A DNA stretch of 64,000 nt from Lepidodermella squamata (Eukaryota; Animalia; Gastrotricha), in assembly GCA_047495785.1 (NCBI GenBank), contig JBLDXI010000019.1, positions 1,736,001-1,800,000 on the forward strand. The letters are read 5' to 3'. Both the position numbers and the translations under genes were made by a program. The notes beneath the pieces were generated by a model. It saw nothing but the letters and a program-made list of their open reading frames with translations. It was not told the DNA's origin and ran no database searches. Of this stretch, positions 47,335 to 58,303 are shown piece by piece (positions within the stretch are counted from its first letter, which is position 1; the number at the start of each line of letters is the position of its first letter).

Positions 47335-49084
47335 ATTGAATGGCATAAATTTCTTGAAAATAAAATGTTGCTATCAAAAAGTGGCGACGGCCTTTTGCGA
47401 TCGAGTGGCTGGGAGCGGGACAAAGTCGATAAAATAACCGAACACAACTTGCGATACCGAGCTGGCGCTGAAACGTATTGGCAAACTCCGAATTACAAGT
47501 GGTTCGGCCAACCCTGGCATAATTTGGTGCGAGAAAAAACCGGCTACTTACCGACTATGGCCCAGCCAAAGCCAGGCCGATTGCACTCGGGCGACATGAC
47601 AACGTGGGGCGACCGATCAACAGTACCAGATGTTTATTCATGGCTCAAACCTTCGCTAAATCGATTGAAGTAATTTTCTGAAAATTCTAGTTTTTGGTGA
47701 AATGATAATTTTCGTTTGTTGAATAGGAAAAAATGTATCGGACCTATCCGAGATCAAGACAGATGTGCGGCTTGTTACGCATTCGCTGCTGCAAGTGAAT
47801 TTAATTTTTTAAATATGTTTTTTTTAATTCTGCGTTTTGAAAGCTTGTGCCCACGCGGTGTATTGCGTTCGATCAAATGGCACGCTGTTGAGCCCCTTTT
47901 CAGTGCAAATGCACATCGACTGCTCGAGCAATAATGGCTGTGTAGGCGGGAACGCTCCGAATTGTTTTGACTACATGCTGAAAACGGGTCGCTCAAAGCT
48001 CGAAACCGACTACGAATATACGTAGGTGAACCTTTTGATAATGTCCAAGTCCAGAAAACGTTTAGAAAAATTTAAAACGCCATAAGAGTAGTAGCCATAT
48101 GGGTTTGGTAAGGGATTGACCGAACCCGAAGAAAACGGATGAAGATAAAAAATTGCTAAACCAGTTACCATCCAGGTTTTCTCCTGTTAATTTTAAATTT
48201 CTTCGGTAAAATCTTGGATAAATGATAGCAGATTGTCCAGATGGGCTTGATTTTCCAGGATTTTCCACGCAAAATTACGAAAGGATTTGAAAAGCTCCGA
48301 AAATCAACTGATAATTCATGAGATGAATTTCAATTTTTCCAACATTTTTCCACAATTTCCGAACACAAAGTTTCCGAACCAATTTCAAACTTCAAACTTC
48401 GCAAAAGTTTGATTGTTTTCTAAATAATAGATCCGGCAAAACTAAGCAAGCTGACGTTTGCAAGGTTCAGAAAATTCCTGGCGATTACGGAACTCCATTG
48501 GCTGACTGGACTTGCAGCGCAGCTTTGAATAATAAACTAGACATGGCGACTCGAGAGGCCAAGCTACAAGCGGCTATTTACGAGAAAGGCCCAATAGCTG
48601 TCACATTTTTCGCAGATGAAGCCTTCATGAACTACGCCGGTGGGGTCTATTACAACCCTAATTGTCCGGGTCAATTAACCGCAAATCACGTGGTAATAAA
48701 ATTTCCGATAGTAATTTTTTTTTAATTAATTATAATTGTTTTAAAGATTGTCGTTGTAGGTAAGATCTCGAAATTTAGTATGAATGAGAAAGGACGTTAA
48801 TTTTTTGCGATTGAATAGGTTGGGACACAGAGTCCTGGATAATCCATAACAGGTTGGTAAATGTACTCGGGGACCTTGGGAAATGTTAATTTTTTACAAT
48901 TTCTTTATCCTATAGCTGGGGAACAGAATGGGGCGAATCAGGTTTGTAATAATTTTTTAATTGCTAGCCAAATTAATTCGTTTTCCTAGGTTACGCTCGG
49001 ATCCGAAGAGGGCTTCCGATACCAGGTTCGGATTGCTTCATCCTATCAGCGCCCTGTTGGCCGGAACCTATTGTTCGGTCTTGA
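47335..49084 (+). CDS. Papain-family (C1A, cathepsin L-like) cysteine protease; 5' exon not evident
   Basis: I29-like propeptide (EWHKFL...KITEHNLRYRAG), QDRCAACYAF (Gln and catalytic Cys), NNGCVGG, ANHVIVVVGW (His), WIIHNSWGTEWGESGY (Asn). Several micro-exons. Confidence 0.85.
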
Positions 49085-49253
49085 GAGAACACTATAAATT
49101 AAAATGAAGTTCGAAACACACACGGTTCTATTGCGTGATCGGCGCCTGATTGCGCAACACTTTTATTGCAATAAAAACGTGACCTTTTACCCTTCTGAGC
49201 ATTCATTCCGAAATTTCAACGCTTTCAAAACATTCTTTATTTGAACTTGCAAA

Positions 49254-50686
49254 ATGAGCCTGCTTGATGTTAGTGACGCTTTCTGGTCGCGCCATATCTG
49301 GCTGCCATCCGACTGTACCTGGGACAACATGACCAACGACGACCCGGCCGTTTACAAGCCGCAGACGGGCGATCTCGTCTACGCCTTCGGACTCGCCTTC
49401 CTCGCTACAGCCGTTCGCTTTTTCACCGTTCTCTACCTGGTAAAACCCGTCGCCAGGTTTTTCCGCCTTGTCGACGACGAACCAATCACATCGACGCGGC
49501 ACTCGCAGCAAACGGTTTCTGGCGGTGTCCTAGAGGCGGTTTACAACAGCGGCAACCGGCACCCGTCATCGTCCGAGGTTCAATGGCTGGCTAATGAGTT
49601 GAATATGGATGAGGCGAATGTCAAAATTTGGTTCGCTAGTCGACGCCGCCAAGACAAGCCCCCGGTTCAGGAGCGATTTATCGAATCCGGCGTCAGGGCT
49701 TTGTATTTCCTCTTCATGCAAGTAAGTCCCAGTTGTAAATCAACTAAATTCAAAATTTATTGCAGCCTTGAAATTTCAAAAATTAACAAAAATTAACAAA
49801 ACATTCTGAATAAATCGCTGATTGAAATTAAAATTCGAAAATAATGAATTCGATTTGTTTAATTTTCTAATGAATGAATTACAAAATGCGCTGATTTGAG
49901 TTTTTGAATTTTTTGAATTTTTTTGAAATTTCAAATTCGGTTTGAATTTAAAATGTGAATTTAAAATTTGACCCTTGAATTTTCGGAAATTAAAATTTTG
50001 TAAATTGTAAATTAAAAAAATTCAATTTTTTTATTAATTTAAACAATTTTTTAATTTTAATTCTTTGAAATTCGATTTTTCAATTAAAAGCTGAAGTTTG
50101 ACTTTTGAATTATTTATAGCTTTACGGGCTGTACATTTTGTGGGATAAACCTTGGCTGAGCGATACCCAACAGTGCTGGACCAACTACCCCAGCATCCAT
50201 GTACCCGACTCGCTATTTTGGTTCTACATGATCACAACTGGCGCCTATCTCGCCAGCGCAGCTCGCCTCATCCTAAACCTGCCCTGGCCGGCTGATTTCA
50301 CGGAAAAACTGACGTATCACCTGATCAAGCTGTCGCTACTCGGCGTGTCATGGTCGGCCAACCTTGTCCTCCTCGGTTCGCTGGTTCTGCTGTGCCACGA
50401 TGGCGCGCCTGATTTTTTCATCGAGCTGTCGAAAATGGCGCGTTACCTCGGCGCAAATCGCTTCTCGCGGCTTTTCTACTTCATCGCAACTGCGCTTTGG
50501 TTCTGCTTCCGACTCGTCTTCTTCCCGTTCTATATCCTCAAATCGCTGCTCATTCAGGCTAAACTCGCCTTCCCGATTTACATCATCAGCAACGCGTTGG
50601 CCTATTCGATTCTTGCGATTCACATTTCGAAATTTATCGAAATGCTTGGCACGATTTCCGAGAAAGTTTTGCAACCGATTGCCTAA
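49254..50686 (+). CDS. Homeobox-containing ceramide synthase (LASS/CerS)-like protein with divergent Lag1p motif
   Basis: FWSRHIWLP...TW, Hox-like VKIWFASRRRQDKP, RFIESG, WDKPWL...CWTNYP, Lag1p region DFTEKLTYHL...LCHDGAPDFFIELSK. One AT-rich intron at ~49722-50119. Confidence 0.88.
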
Positions 50687-50772
50687 CATTCCAGTGTGAT
50701 TTAAAATCTTGTAAAAAAAAACTTCTCGATCAATTGTGAAATAAAAAAATCGACTTGTTGAATTTTCACGTT

Positions 50773-52837
50773 TTATTTATTCACGCCATAAATTGCCCGT
50801 AATTCAAGCCTATGCATCATTTCTTTGAGGTCTCGAAATTGCAGGAAAGCTTTGAGTGAATCAGGCAAATCGAGCTTTTCGCTGATCGCAACCGATCGTT
50901 GGTGATAGCCAGTTGGCAATCTAGTTAAAATCGCCATTCGGCATTGGTCTTGTAGCTTCAGCGGGAAACTCGACTCGACGGCTTGAGCAAATGCGGCGAG
51001 GGCTTGGTCGTCAAGTTCAGGGCTGAATCTTTGCCGGAAAGAAGATTTGTGAAGAGAGTCGCGGAATTTAATGGGGTTGAAGCTTGATTTTTGCCTCGCT
51101 GCGATAAGAAGTTTGATCAATAGAGGCCGCGCTATCGTTTCGAGCTCGGACGGAGACAGGCGAAATCTGAAAAATTCGAAGATTTTATCACTGACTCTTC
51201 AAGTGGAAGAAAAATTGGAAAATTGAAGATTCGATCGAATATTGATTAACGGTGATAAACAGAGACATGAATTCAAGCGCAACCAATTATATCAGTTGCG
51301 CAGACCGAATTTAGAAGCTCAATGAGCCCAACAAAAATCTTCAAAATTTTCGGAATATTTGTAATTAATCCGCAAAATTAAACAAATTAGTATAAAATAA
51401 GTCCTTGTTGTCATCAGTATGAAGGCCTGGCCCAATCTTGGTTCCAAAGAAATTGTAGAAAAATAACTATTTTGACAGTTTTTATGTATTTATAAGGCCC
51501 TAGGGAAGGCTAGTTTCGAGGAAAACTCCGAGGAGCTTTGAAATTTGGTTCCGCTACAGCAGGGTTGGTCGAGGGTCTAAAAGATCGGACCCCATCGGAC
51601 CCTGTCCGGAGTTGTAACCAGGCGCATTTTGAGGATTTTTCTGGTTACGAAAGAATTTTACCCTAAAGAAATGATTTATCTTCGATTTTCTCGCTAGTAG
51701 TTAATCTAAAATTCGATGGGATATTTCTGTCGGGAATTCACATTTTTTCATGAGCGGTTTCTTGAGGTAATTAGCCTAAATTTGACCTCATTATAAGAAT
51801 CTTAGTTTTCAATTTTCAAGTGATAAGGTGATATTGATTAATTATAGAAATTCGGAAATTCCTAATTCCTTGATATGCTTGAGACGTTCCATTCATTGAA
51901 TATATAGGTCGAGGTCATGGGTCCCGAGTTAGCGCTCTTAGGGGTCTCTTCAGTCGGATAGCAATATTGATGGATTGATTTTAAAAATTTGTAACTTGAA
52001 ATAACTTAGCTTGAAATTAAGCGGTATTCGTTAATAAGCAAGTTATTACTACCTATGGGAAAATCGAACTCACCTTCTCGAATTTTGATCATTTCGCGGC
52101 ATAGGGTACGCCATAATCGGCCTCGCAAAAAATCGGGCAATCAACGGCGGCACAATTTGTGACCCGAAATAATCATCCACATTGATAAGTGGGTCACGCA
52201 GCAACTTCGCTCCGGCCTTTATTAGCAATTTCACGGTCCTAAGGTGGAAAAACACGTGCAGGCAGTTGTCGAATTCGGTTTCGATGTTGCCGCTCCAAGT
52301 CTTCGTTGCCATCGCCCGAGCCAGCGCGTTGTCTTCCTCACCCATGCGTGACGCCACATTCACCGAGGCGTTACCGGTCTTCACTAATAAATGCGTGATT
52401 TTAAAATCTGACAACCGATTGGAGGTTTGAATCAAAGCCGTCTCGCCATCTTCATTCGCTGCATCAACATTAGCGCCGCTTTCTATCAAAAACTTGATTT
52501 GATCGATTTCCCACCGTTTACACGCTCGAATGAGTGCGGTATCGCCGGTGTCTTTATCGATAACATCGTCGATTTGAACTGAAGCACCACTTCGAGTTTC
52601 CACGAGAAGTTTCCGCACAACATCGTACCGGCCTAAGCTTAGCGCTTCGACAAAGGCCTTTTGCTTAGCCAGCCTAATTTCTTCCGGTTGGATGATTTCA
52701 GCCACGCTTTGCCGCTTTTCGCCGGCGCCCAATTCGGCGGCTGTAATTATCGGCGGATTATCGACGAAATTTGTCAAAAATTGCCACATTTTCAGCAAAA
52801 CTGGCGGCGATTTAATATCTAGAGAAGCTTTCCGCAT
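50773..52837 (-). CDS. Ankyrin repeat and SOCS box (ASB-like) protein; start codon uncertain (52837 or upstream)
   Basis: Ankyrins GDTALIRAC and GANVDAANEDGETALI. Phase-2 intron ~52073-51167. SOCS box PLKLQDQCRMAIL...LDLPDSLKAFLQF. Confidence 0.85.
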
Positions 52838-53527
52838 TTCGATGGGTGGAAAATGTAAAGAAAAATGGTCCGAGTTATGAATCGCTTTCATATCAATATA
52901 AAGGGATATACCGGCATTATTTGCTGTTGACATGCTTGTTATCAATAGTAAATAGCGAGTTTTAGTTGGAGATTTCATACACACTATCTTGAATGAATGA
53001 TGATGAATAGCATTTATTCAGCTGTTAGTCGTAGAAAAAATGCATACTACGTTTTACTACATATAATCCCACGCTTTTCTAATCGCTCATTCCAACAAAA
53101 CACACCTATAGCCGCGTGTAAGAGAAGCGGTGGTAAACTGACATTTTTCAGCTGAATAAATTTTTTTAAGGTGGACTTTGAAATCAGTGCAAAAATGAAT
53201 AGTAAAAAACGGAAGAAACGAGTTTTATTTTGCTTGCAGGCGAAATCTCTCTATAATCGACCAGTACATTTTTTTCCTGCATGGGATTTTTACACGTGCC
53301 CTAGCTATCATTTATCATAGGATTGTACTTATATAAGCGTTGAATCATTACGCATTAGTTTGCGCCCGACTAGCTTGTTTATAACTGGTACATTCAGGTA
53401 TTATTTAGCTTATATAGCCTATAGCTTTTATCTAGAATAAGGCCAAATAAATGCTGGTATTATGAATCATGTCGATTTATTCATTTCACAGGGTTGTTAA
53501 AGACGAAGGAGATCGAAATCAATCATA

Positions 53528-55115
53528 TTAACTGCCCTGGCAACTCGCCAATGTGTCACCGTAATAACTGTAAGATGGCGAGAATGAGCTGCATCTAATA
53601 CCATTCGCACATGCTGCATAGCTTGACCACTGGGTTCGAACCTATTTTCGAATGATTTTTCATCTCAAATTTAAATAATTTATATATTCTTACTGTGTAT
53701 AGAGGGCTGTCATTAGGCGCACAAGATCCTGGGAAATCTTGGCATGTTGCACCGTTGTTGTAGTAGCAATCGACCCAATATCCAACGTTGCAATAAGCTT
53801 TTGAAGCTCGAGTTCCAGATCCGGTTGCGCCTATTGTCGAGCAGCAGCCTTGATAACTTGTTGCCCAAACTGACGTTTTCTATTTCGAAGAAAAAATATA
53901 ATTTCATTATTCCGTAATCTTCCCGAACTGAAATTAACTGAGCTCGATTAATGATTCAACACAAGCTCATGGAAATCGACAGCTCGTAATATATGGGTTT
54001 CGAAAATTCGAAAAATATGACGCAGCATGGCAACTTATAGTTGTAACCGAGTAGGGTGCAAATAGCCACTTCCTATTTTCAACCTTCGAAAATCGAAAAA
54101 CATGATCCTGTTCAATGTTGCCCCTCGTGAAGTAGTGCCGAAAATATAATAGTTGTAATTTTTGCTATCTGTGGGAAAATATTACCCTAATATAATTTGC
54201 AATTTGCTAAATTTGCTAAATGTAACTAAATTTAATTCACTAAAAATTACCGGAAAAGCCCAATGGTAGCTCCTCGACCTCCTTATATTTAGAAAATCCT
54301 ATTTAGGGTGTCTACAAGGAATGTTATCTCCGCGCTGGGAAATCGTAAAAATTTAGGGAAAACGGATAAAAAATCAGTGCCTGGTGATGAGCTAGGACCT
54401 GCTTTATGGGACTGTCACCAAACTGCACCAAAGTGCATTTTCCCAAAAATAGTCTGGGCTTTAAAGGGAATTTAAATTGAAATTATCAAAATTGAAATAA
54501 ATTTTGCGAATAAATCCAAAATTCTGAAAAATTTATAATTTAAAAATTTAAATTGCATTTCAGCCTTCGGGGTTGATGACAACAGATTTCATTCCTACTA
54601 ACATTATCCGACGTTCCATTATAGTTGACGTAGCAGTAATCAGTCTGATCGACGCAGTAGATGACAACATTACCCGGCGTCATTCTCGAGTTGAACAAGC
54701 ATTTGTAGTATTTTGAAACCGTGGTTGTTGGCGGGCCTGTATACGCTGTCGTAGTCGTTGTTGGCATGGTCGCCGTTGATATTGTCGATGTTGACAGTGT
54801 TGTTGTAGCTGTCGTTGTTGTCTTAGTTGTCGTTGTTTTGGTCGTTTTAGTCGTCGACGTTGTCGTTGTCGTCACCGAATCGCCCGATGACGATGAACCT
54901 GAAGTTGTCTGAAAGAAATTTTTCAAAATTAATTTTCCTACAAGATTCAGGGCTTACGGTAGTAGAAGTAGGAAAGCAGCACTGGGCAAAAGCTGGGAAA
55001 AACCGAAAATTCAGTCACCTCAAACATAGGAAATTCGAACTATACCTTGGAAGAGAGTAAATAAAAGTAGAACTGCTAGTAATTTGTATTGGAAATTGAT
55101 GATAGAAATTCGCAT
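53528..55115 (-). CDS. Orphan secreted protein: signal peptide, Thr-rich mucin stalk, 12-Cys C-terminal domain
   Basis: Five exons assembled with GT-AG junctions: MRISIINFQYKLLAVLLLFTLFQ|AFAQCCFPTSTT|TTSG...poly-Thr...KCLF...YCVDQTDYCY|KTSVW...GCC...|VRTQW...ASCQGS*. Confidence 0.75.
54720..54875. repeat. Coding low-complexity ACN (Thr) repeat
   Basis: (GTT/GTC)n tract on the plus strand equals poly-Thr on the minus strand. Confidence 0.85.
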
Positions 55116-55912
55116 ATTTTCAGGTGGGTTGGTTCATGTTATCTCAATTTATTTTGTGAAACGTTTGATGAAGATTTTACTGGAAAGCGTGAGGCGTTTT
55201 CCATTTCAAAAGGGTGACGCTTTGAGGATCAGTGCGCTTTAATCCGATTACAACATTCTAAGAAACAAAGAAACCAACCTCACGATGTGAGCATTTTGAA
55301 AACTGTTTGAATCACCAGTTCTAGGTAAAACCATGGAGTGTAGGGTTCCAGCACTGAATCATCTCCAGCGCGTGATACGCGGCTTTCTCGAAATTTGAGA
55401 CTCCAGAAGAAGAAAGAAGAAACATCGACCACTGACCGGTGTGTGGTTGTTACAGACTTCGACCAGGTAGCTGCTATGGGATGACAGGATATTGAGGAAT
55501 TTCGGAACTTCCAGAATCTGTTGCAAGATTTAAATTAGCATCTTGTTAAAATGTTAGCAAGGGAAGAAAAAAAGCATAATCATACGAGTGTCCTAACAAG
55601 GGGAAAGCAGGAATAAGTAAGAGTTCAAGCACTTTCCAAAGACATAATGGAAAAACTTTTGCGAAAGGAATCGTCAGCAAGCTTCGCAGGTTTATTTAAG
55701 GTTATGTCGAGGCGATTTTTTTGTTTTTATTATGGACAAACGATGCCGGTCTACTCTCGTGAGGCTACTAATATCCAAATTGCTTGAAATATCACGTTAT
55801 TTGAGCATTCATCGCGTGGAATGAGTTGGGCGTGTTTTAACGGGAGTTAATTATAGGCGGCGTTAAAGATCCTTTAGTTTTATAACTGTAGCCATTTTTT
55901 CCAAACACTAAG

Positions 55913-58303
55913 ATGCGTATAAATTGTATTCAATTTACCGTTTTTGCTTTCCTGGTCAATATACACTGTTTGGAATTTTCTAATTCTTCTACATCCGCTA
56001 GTAAGCTAACTCCGCTAGACATCCTCGCCATGTACATTGCTACAGGAAGAGTGACAGATTCAGCTTGTTACATCGCCACAAAGCTTCTTGTCGATGACAT
56101 CAACTCGAGAAGCGACATTCTTCCGGATTATCGAATCAACATTATTCCTGTTGATGAGGATCTAGAGATGCGGAAACCAGATACATGGAAGCGATATTTA
56201 TTCGGAGATATTGGGTCCAACTTCAACCCTGCCCCTATTGCAATGCTGCCTACATCATCAGGCCGCTGCCAGTACCTATCAGCTATTCTTCATCATTTAA
56301 ACCTTGTCGGAATATCACCAAGCTGCTCCACTCCGGCAGTTACGGCGAACCGAAGAATTTACCCGAACTTGTATCGAGTTCGACTACCGGGAGATCTCGT
56401 AAACTATTCCCGGCTAAAACTCATAGAGCAAGTCGGAAAATGGAGGAGAATGGCAGTTTTAACCAGGTCCGATGTTCCGCGTGATTACGGCTCTGCCATC
56501 GAATTTTACAACGAGGCGACCAAACGCGGTATTCAAATCGTATTTTTCGAAGCGATTGACCCTTCCGTGTCCGACGAAGTCCTTGTTGGCCTGAAGCGTT
56601 CCGATGCTAGAGTTATACTTGTCGATACTACTTCAACAACCTTCACACCGCTTCTATTTTGTAAAATGGCTAAACATGGCTTTACAACTGATGGGAAGTA
56701 CGTTTTCCTACTTCAATTTGAGGCTTATGAATCTCCTACAATTCCGCGATCATACTTTTCCGCTGAATGTCCACCTTCTCTTTATATGGAGTTTTACTCT
56801 GTAAGCCTATTTATTGGGCAACTTGCGGACGCGCAGACGAATAATGGATTATCATCAGCTAATTTTGATCTAACTTCATTCGAGAAGCGATTCGACGATG
56901 CTGCTAATTTTACTCGTACTGATGACTACTTCAGACGGCATCAGTGCTTTGACGCGATGCTTCAAATTATCCTAACATTGGACAAGGCTGAGAAATCGAT
57001 GAAAGCCGTGAACATGTCCCTAGCTGACTACAAACTTCAGCCGTCACTAGTCATGATTCAGGTTAACAAATCAGCCTCGGAACTTGCCTATTCGAACCTG
57101 CGTTATGGGCAAGTTCGTTATTCAAGCCGGTTAGAGCTTGACAATTTTCCGCAATTCGTGCGAACGTTTGACCTGAAACAAAGACGAGACGTAAACATAT
57201 TTGGAATTACTTGCAGTGAAAATCGATCGATTTTACAGGTAGAAAGTTATGAAATCAACCAAATAGCCGCCTATGAATGGAAAACTAAAGATGGTCTCCC
57301 GACGAAAGATCAGTCAACCCGCATTGCTATCCCAAGCCAATCCGCGGTTGTAAACCATTCAATATGTTTCGCATTAGCTGTAGTTCTGATTTTTGGGAAA
57401 ATCTATGTTTTAATCCGAGAATGGAAAGCCAGTTCAAGGTATAGAGTGAGCTCGGCAACCGAAGAAGCCCTTTCAGATTTACAGAATGTGAGTCATAGTT
57501 CAAGTACTATAATGCCTTTCGAGCCGATTGAAACGAATGTTTCATACTTTTCGCTGACTAAATCGAGCCTCAACTCGAAGTCAAAGTTGAGCTTACCGTC
57601 AAACACTCAGAGATATAAGATCGTTATGATGTTCGCCTGCATTCTTCTTGACTTGGCAGCGAGTTCATTTTTCTTTGTTTCTGGCGTTGCGCCAAAGTCA
57701 TCCGGCTATTTTTGCGCATCCACCGCTGTTTTGACATCGTTAGGCATCTCGCTGATTCATCATTCTCAATTTGTATTTCTTCTTGGCAGTCATTGTGTTT
57801 TGAACTCGAGATGCTCAAAAGTACGTTTCAGTTCATTTTTCACCTCGACTTATTTCTTCACCGCAGGATTCATCATTTTCCTTTGCGCCTTCTGGCTTAT
57901 CGGAAGTGATCTTAGTCGACAAACAACGGTGTTCGTATCCTACGAAGCACCAAGCGATGTTTACACCAGCTCCATAGCTTCAATTTGTGCTATGCCTGGG
58001 ATGCATCCAGCTTTCATTGTAATGTGTGCACTCAATGCTGTGGTTTTACTTGGATCAAATTTCCTTGTGTATTCCATCCGTTCCTGTCGCAATGCGTGGA
58101 GTTACAATTCCTCTGTCGAGGTTTTACGCATGGGTTTGTCTGCAGTCATCGGCGTATCTCTTTTCGCAGTTTTTGCCCTCATTACGGCTGCAGTTCAAGA
58201 CTCCTTGTCAAAGCAAGTCGCCTTGAATTACGGATTTGTAATATACTCCCTTAACGTAACTTTCATTTACTTCTTACCCTCAACAATTCTCATTAAACAG
58301 TAA
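55913..58303 (+). CDS. Intronless divergent class C GPCR, GABA-B type, paralog of 4362-6718
   Basis: Signal peptide; DINSRSDILPDYRI, NRRIYPNLYRV, GKWRRMAVL, RRHQCFDA, RYSSRLELD, WKTKDGLPTKD shared with the first GPCR. 7TM ending FIYFLPSTILIKQ*. Confidence 0.88.
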   Translation: MRINCIQFTVFAFLVNIHCLEFSNSSTSASKLTPLDILAMYIATGRVTDSACYIATKLLVDDINSRSDILPDYRINIIPVDEDLEMRKPDTWKRYLFGDIGSNFNPAPIAMLPTSSGRCQYLSAILHHLNLVGISPSCSTPAVTANRRIYPNLYRVRLPGDLVNYSRLKLIEQVGKWRRMAVLTRSDVPRDYGSAIEFYNEATKRGIQIVFFEAIDPSVSDEVLVGLKRSDARVILVDTTSTTFTPLLFCKMAKHGFTTDGKYVFLLQFEAYESPTIPRSYFSAECPPSLYMEFYSVSLFIGQLADAQTNNGLSSANFDLTSFEKRFDDAANFTRTDDYFRRHQCFDAMLQIILTLDKAEKSMKAVNMSLADYKLQPSLVMIQVNKSASELAYSNLRYGQVRYSSRLELDNFPQFVRTFDLKQRRDVNIFGITCSENRSILQVESYEINQIAAYEWKTKDGLPTKDQSTRIAIPSQSAVVNHSICFALAVVLIFGKIYVLIREWKASSRYRVSSATEEALSDLQNVSHSSSTIMPFEPIETNVSYFSLTKSSLNSKSKLSLPSNTQRYKIVMMFACILLDLAASSFFFVSGVAPKSSGYFCASTAVLTSLGISLIHHSQFVFLLGSHCVLNSRCSKVRFSSFFTSTYFFTAGFIIFLCAFWLIGSDLSRQTTVFVSYEAPSDVYTSSIASICAMPGMHPAFIVMCALNAVVLLGSNFLVYSIRSCRNAWSYNSSVEVLRMGLSAVIGVSLFAVFALITAAVQDSLSKQVALNYGFVIYSLNVTFIYFLPSTILIKQ

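Noticed and set aside
54721-54912. Poly-Val hydrophobic ORF on the plus strand
   Set aside because: Antisense shadow of the poly-Thr exon.
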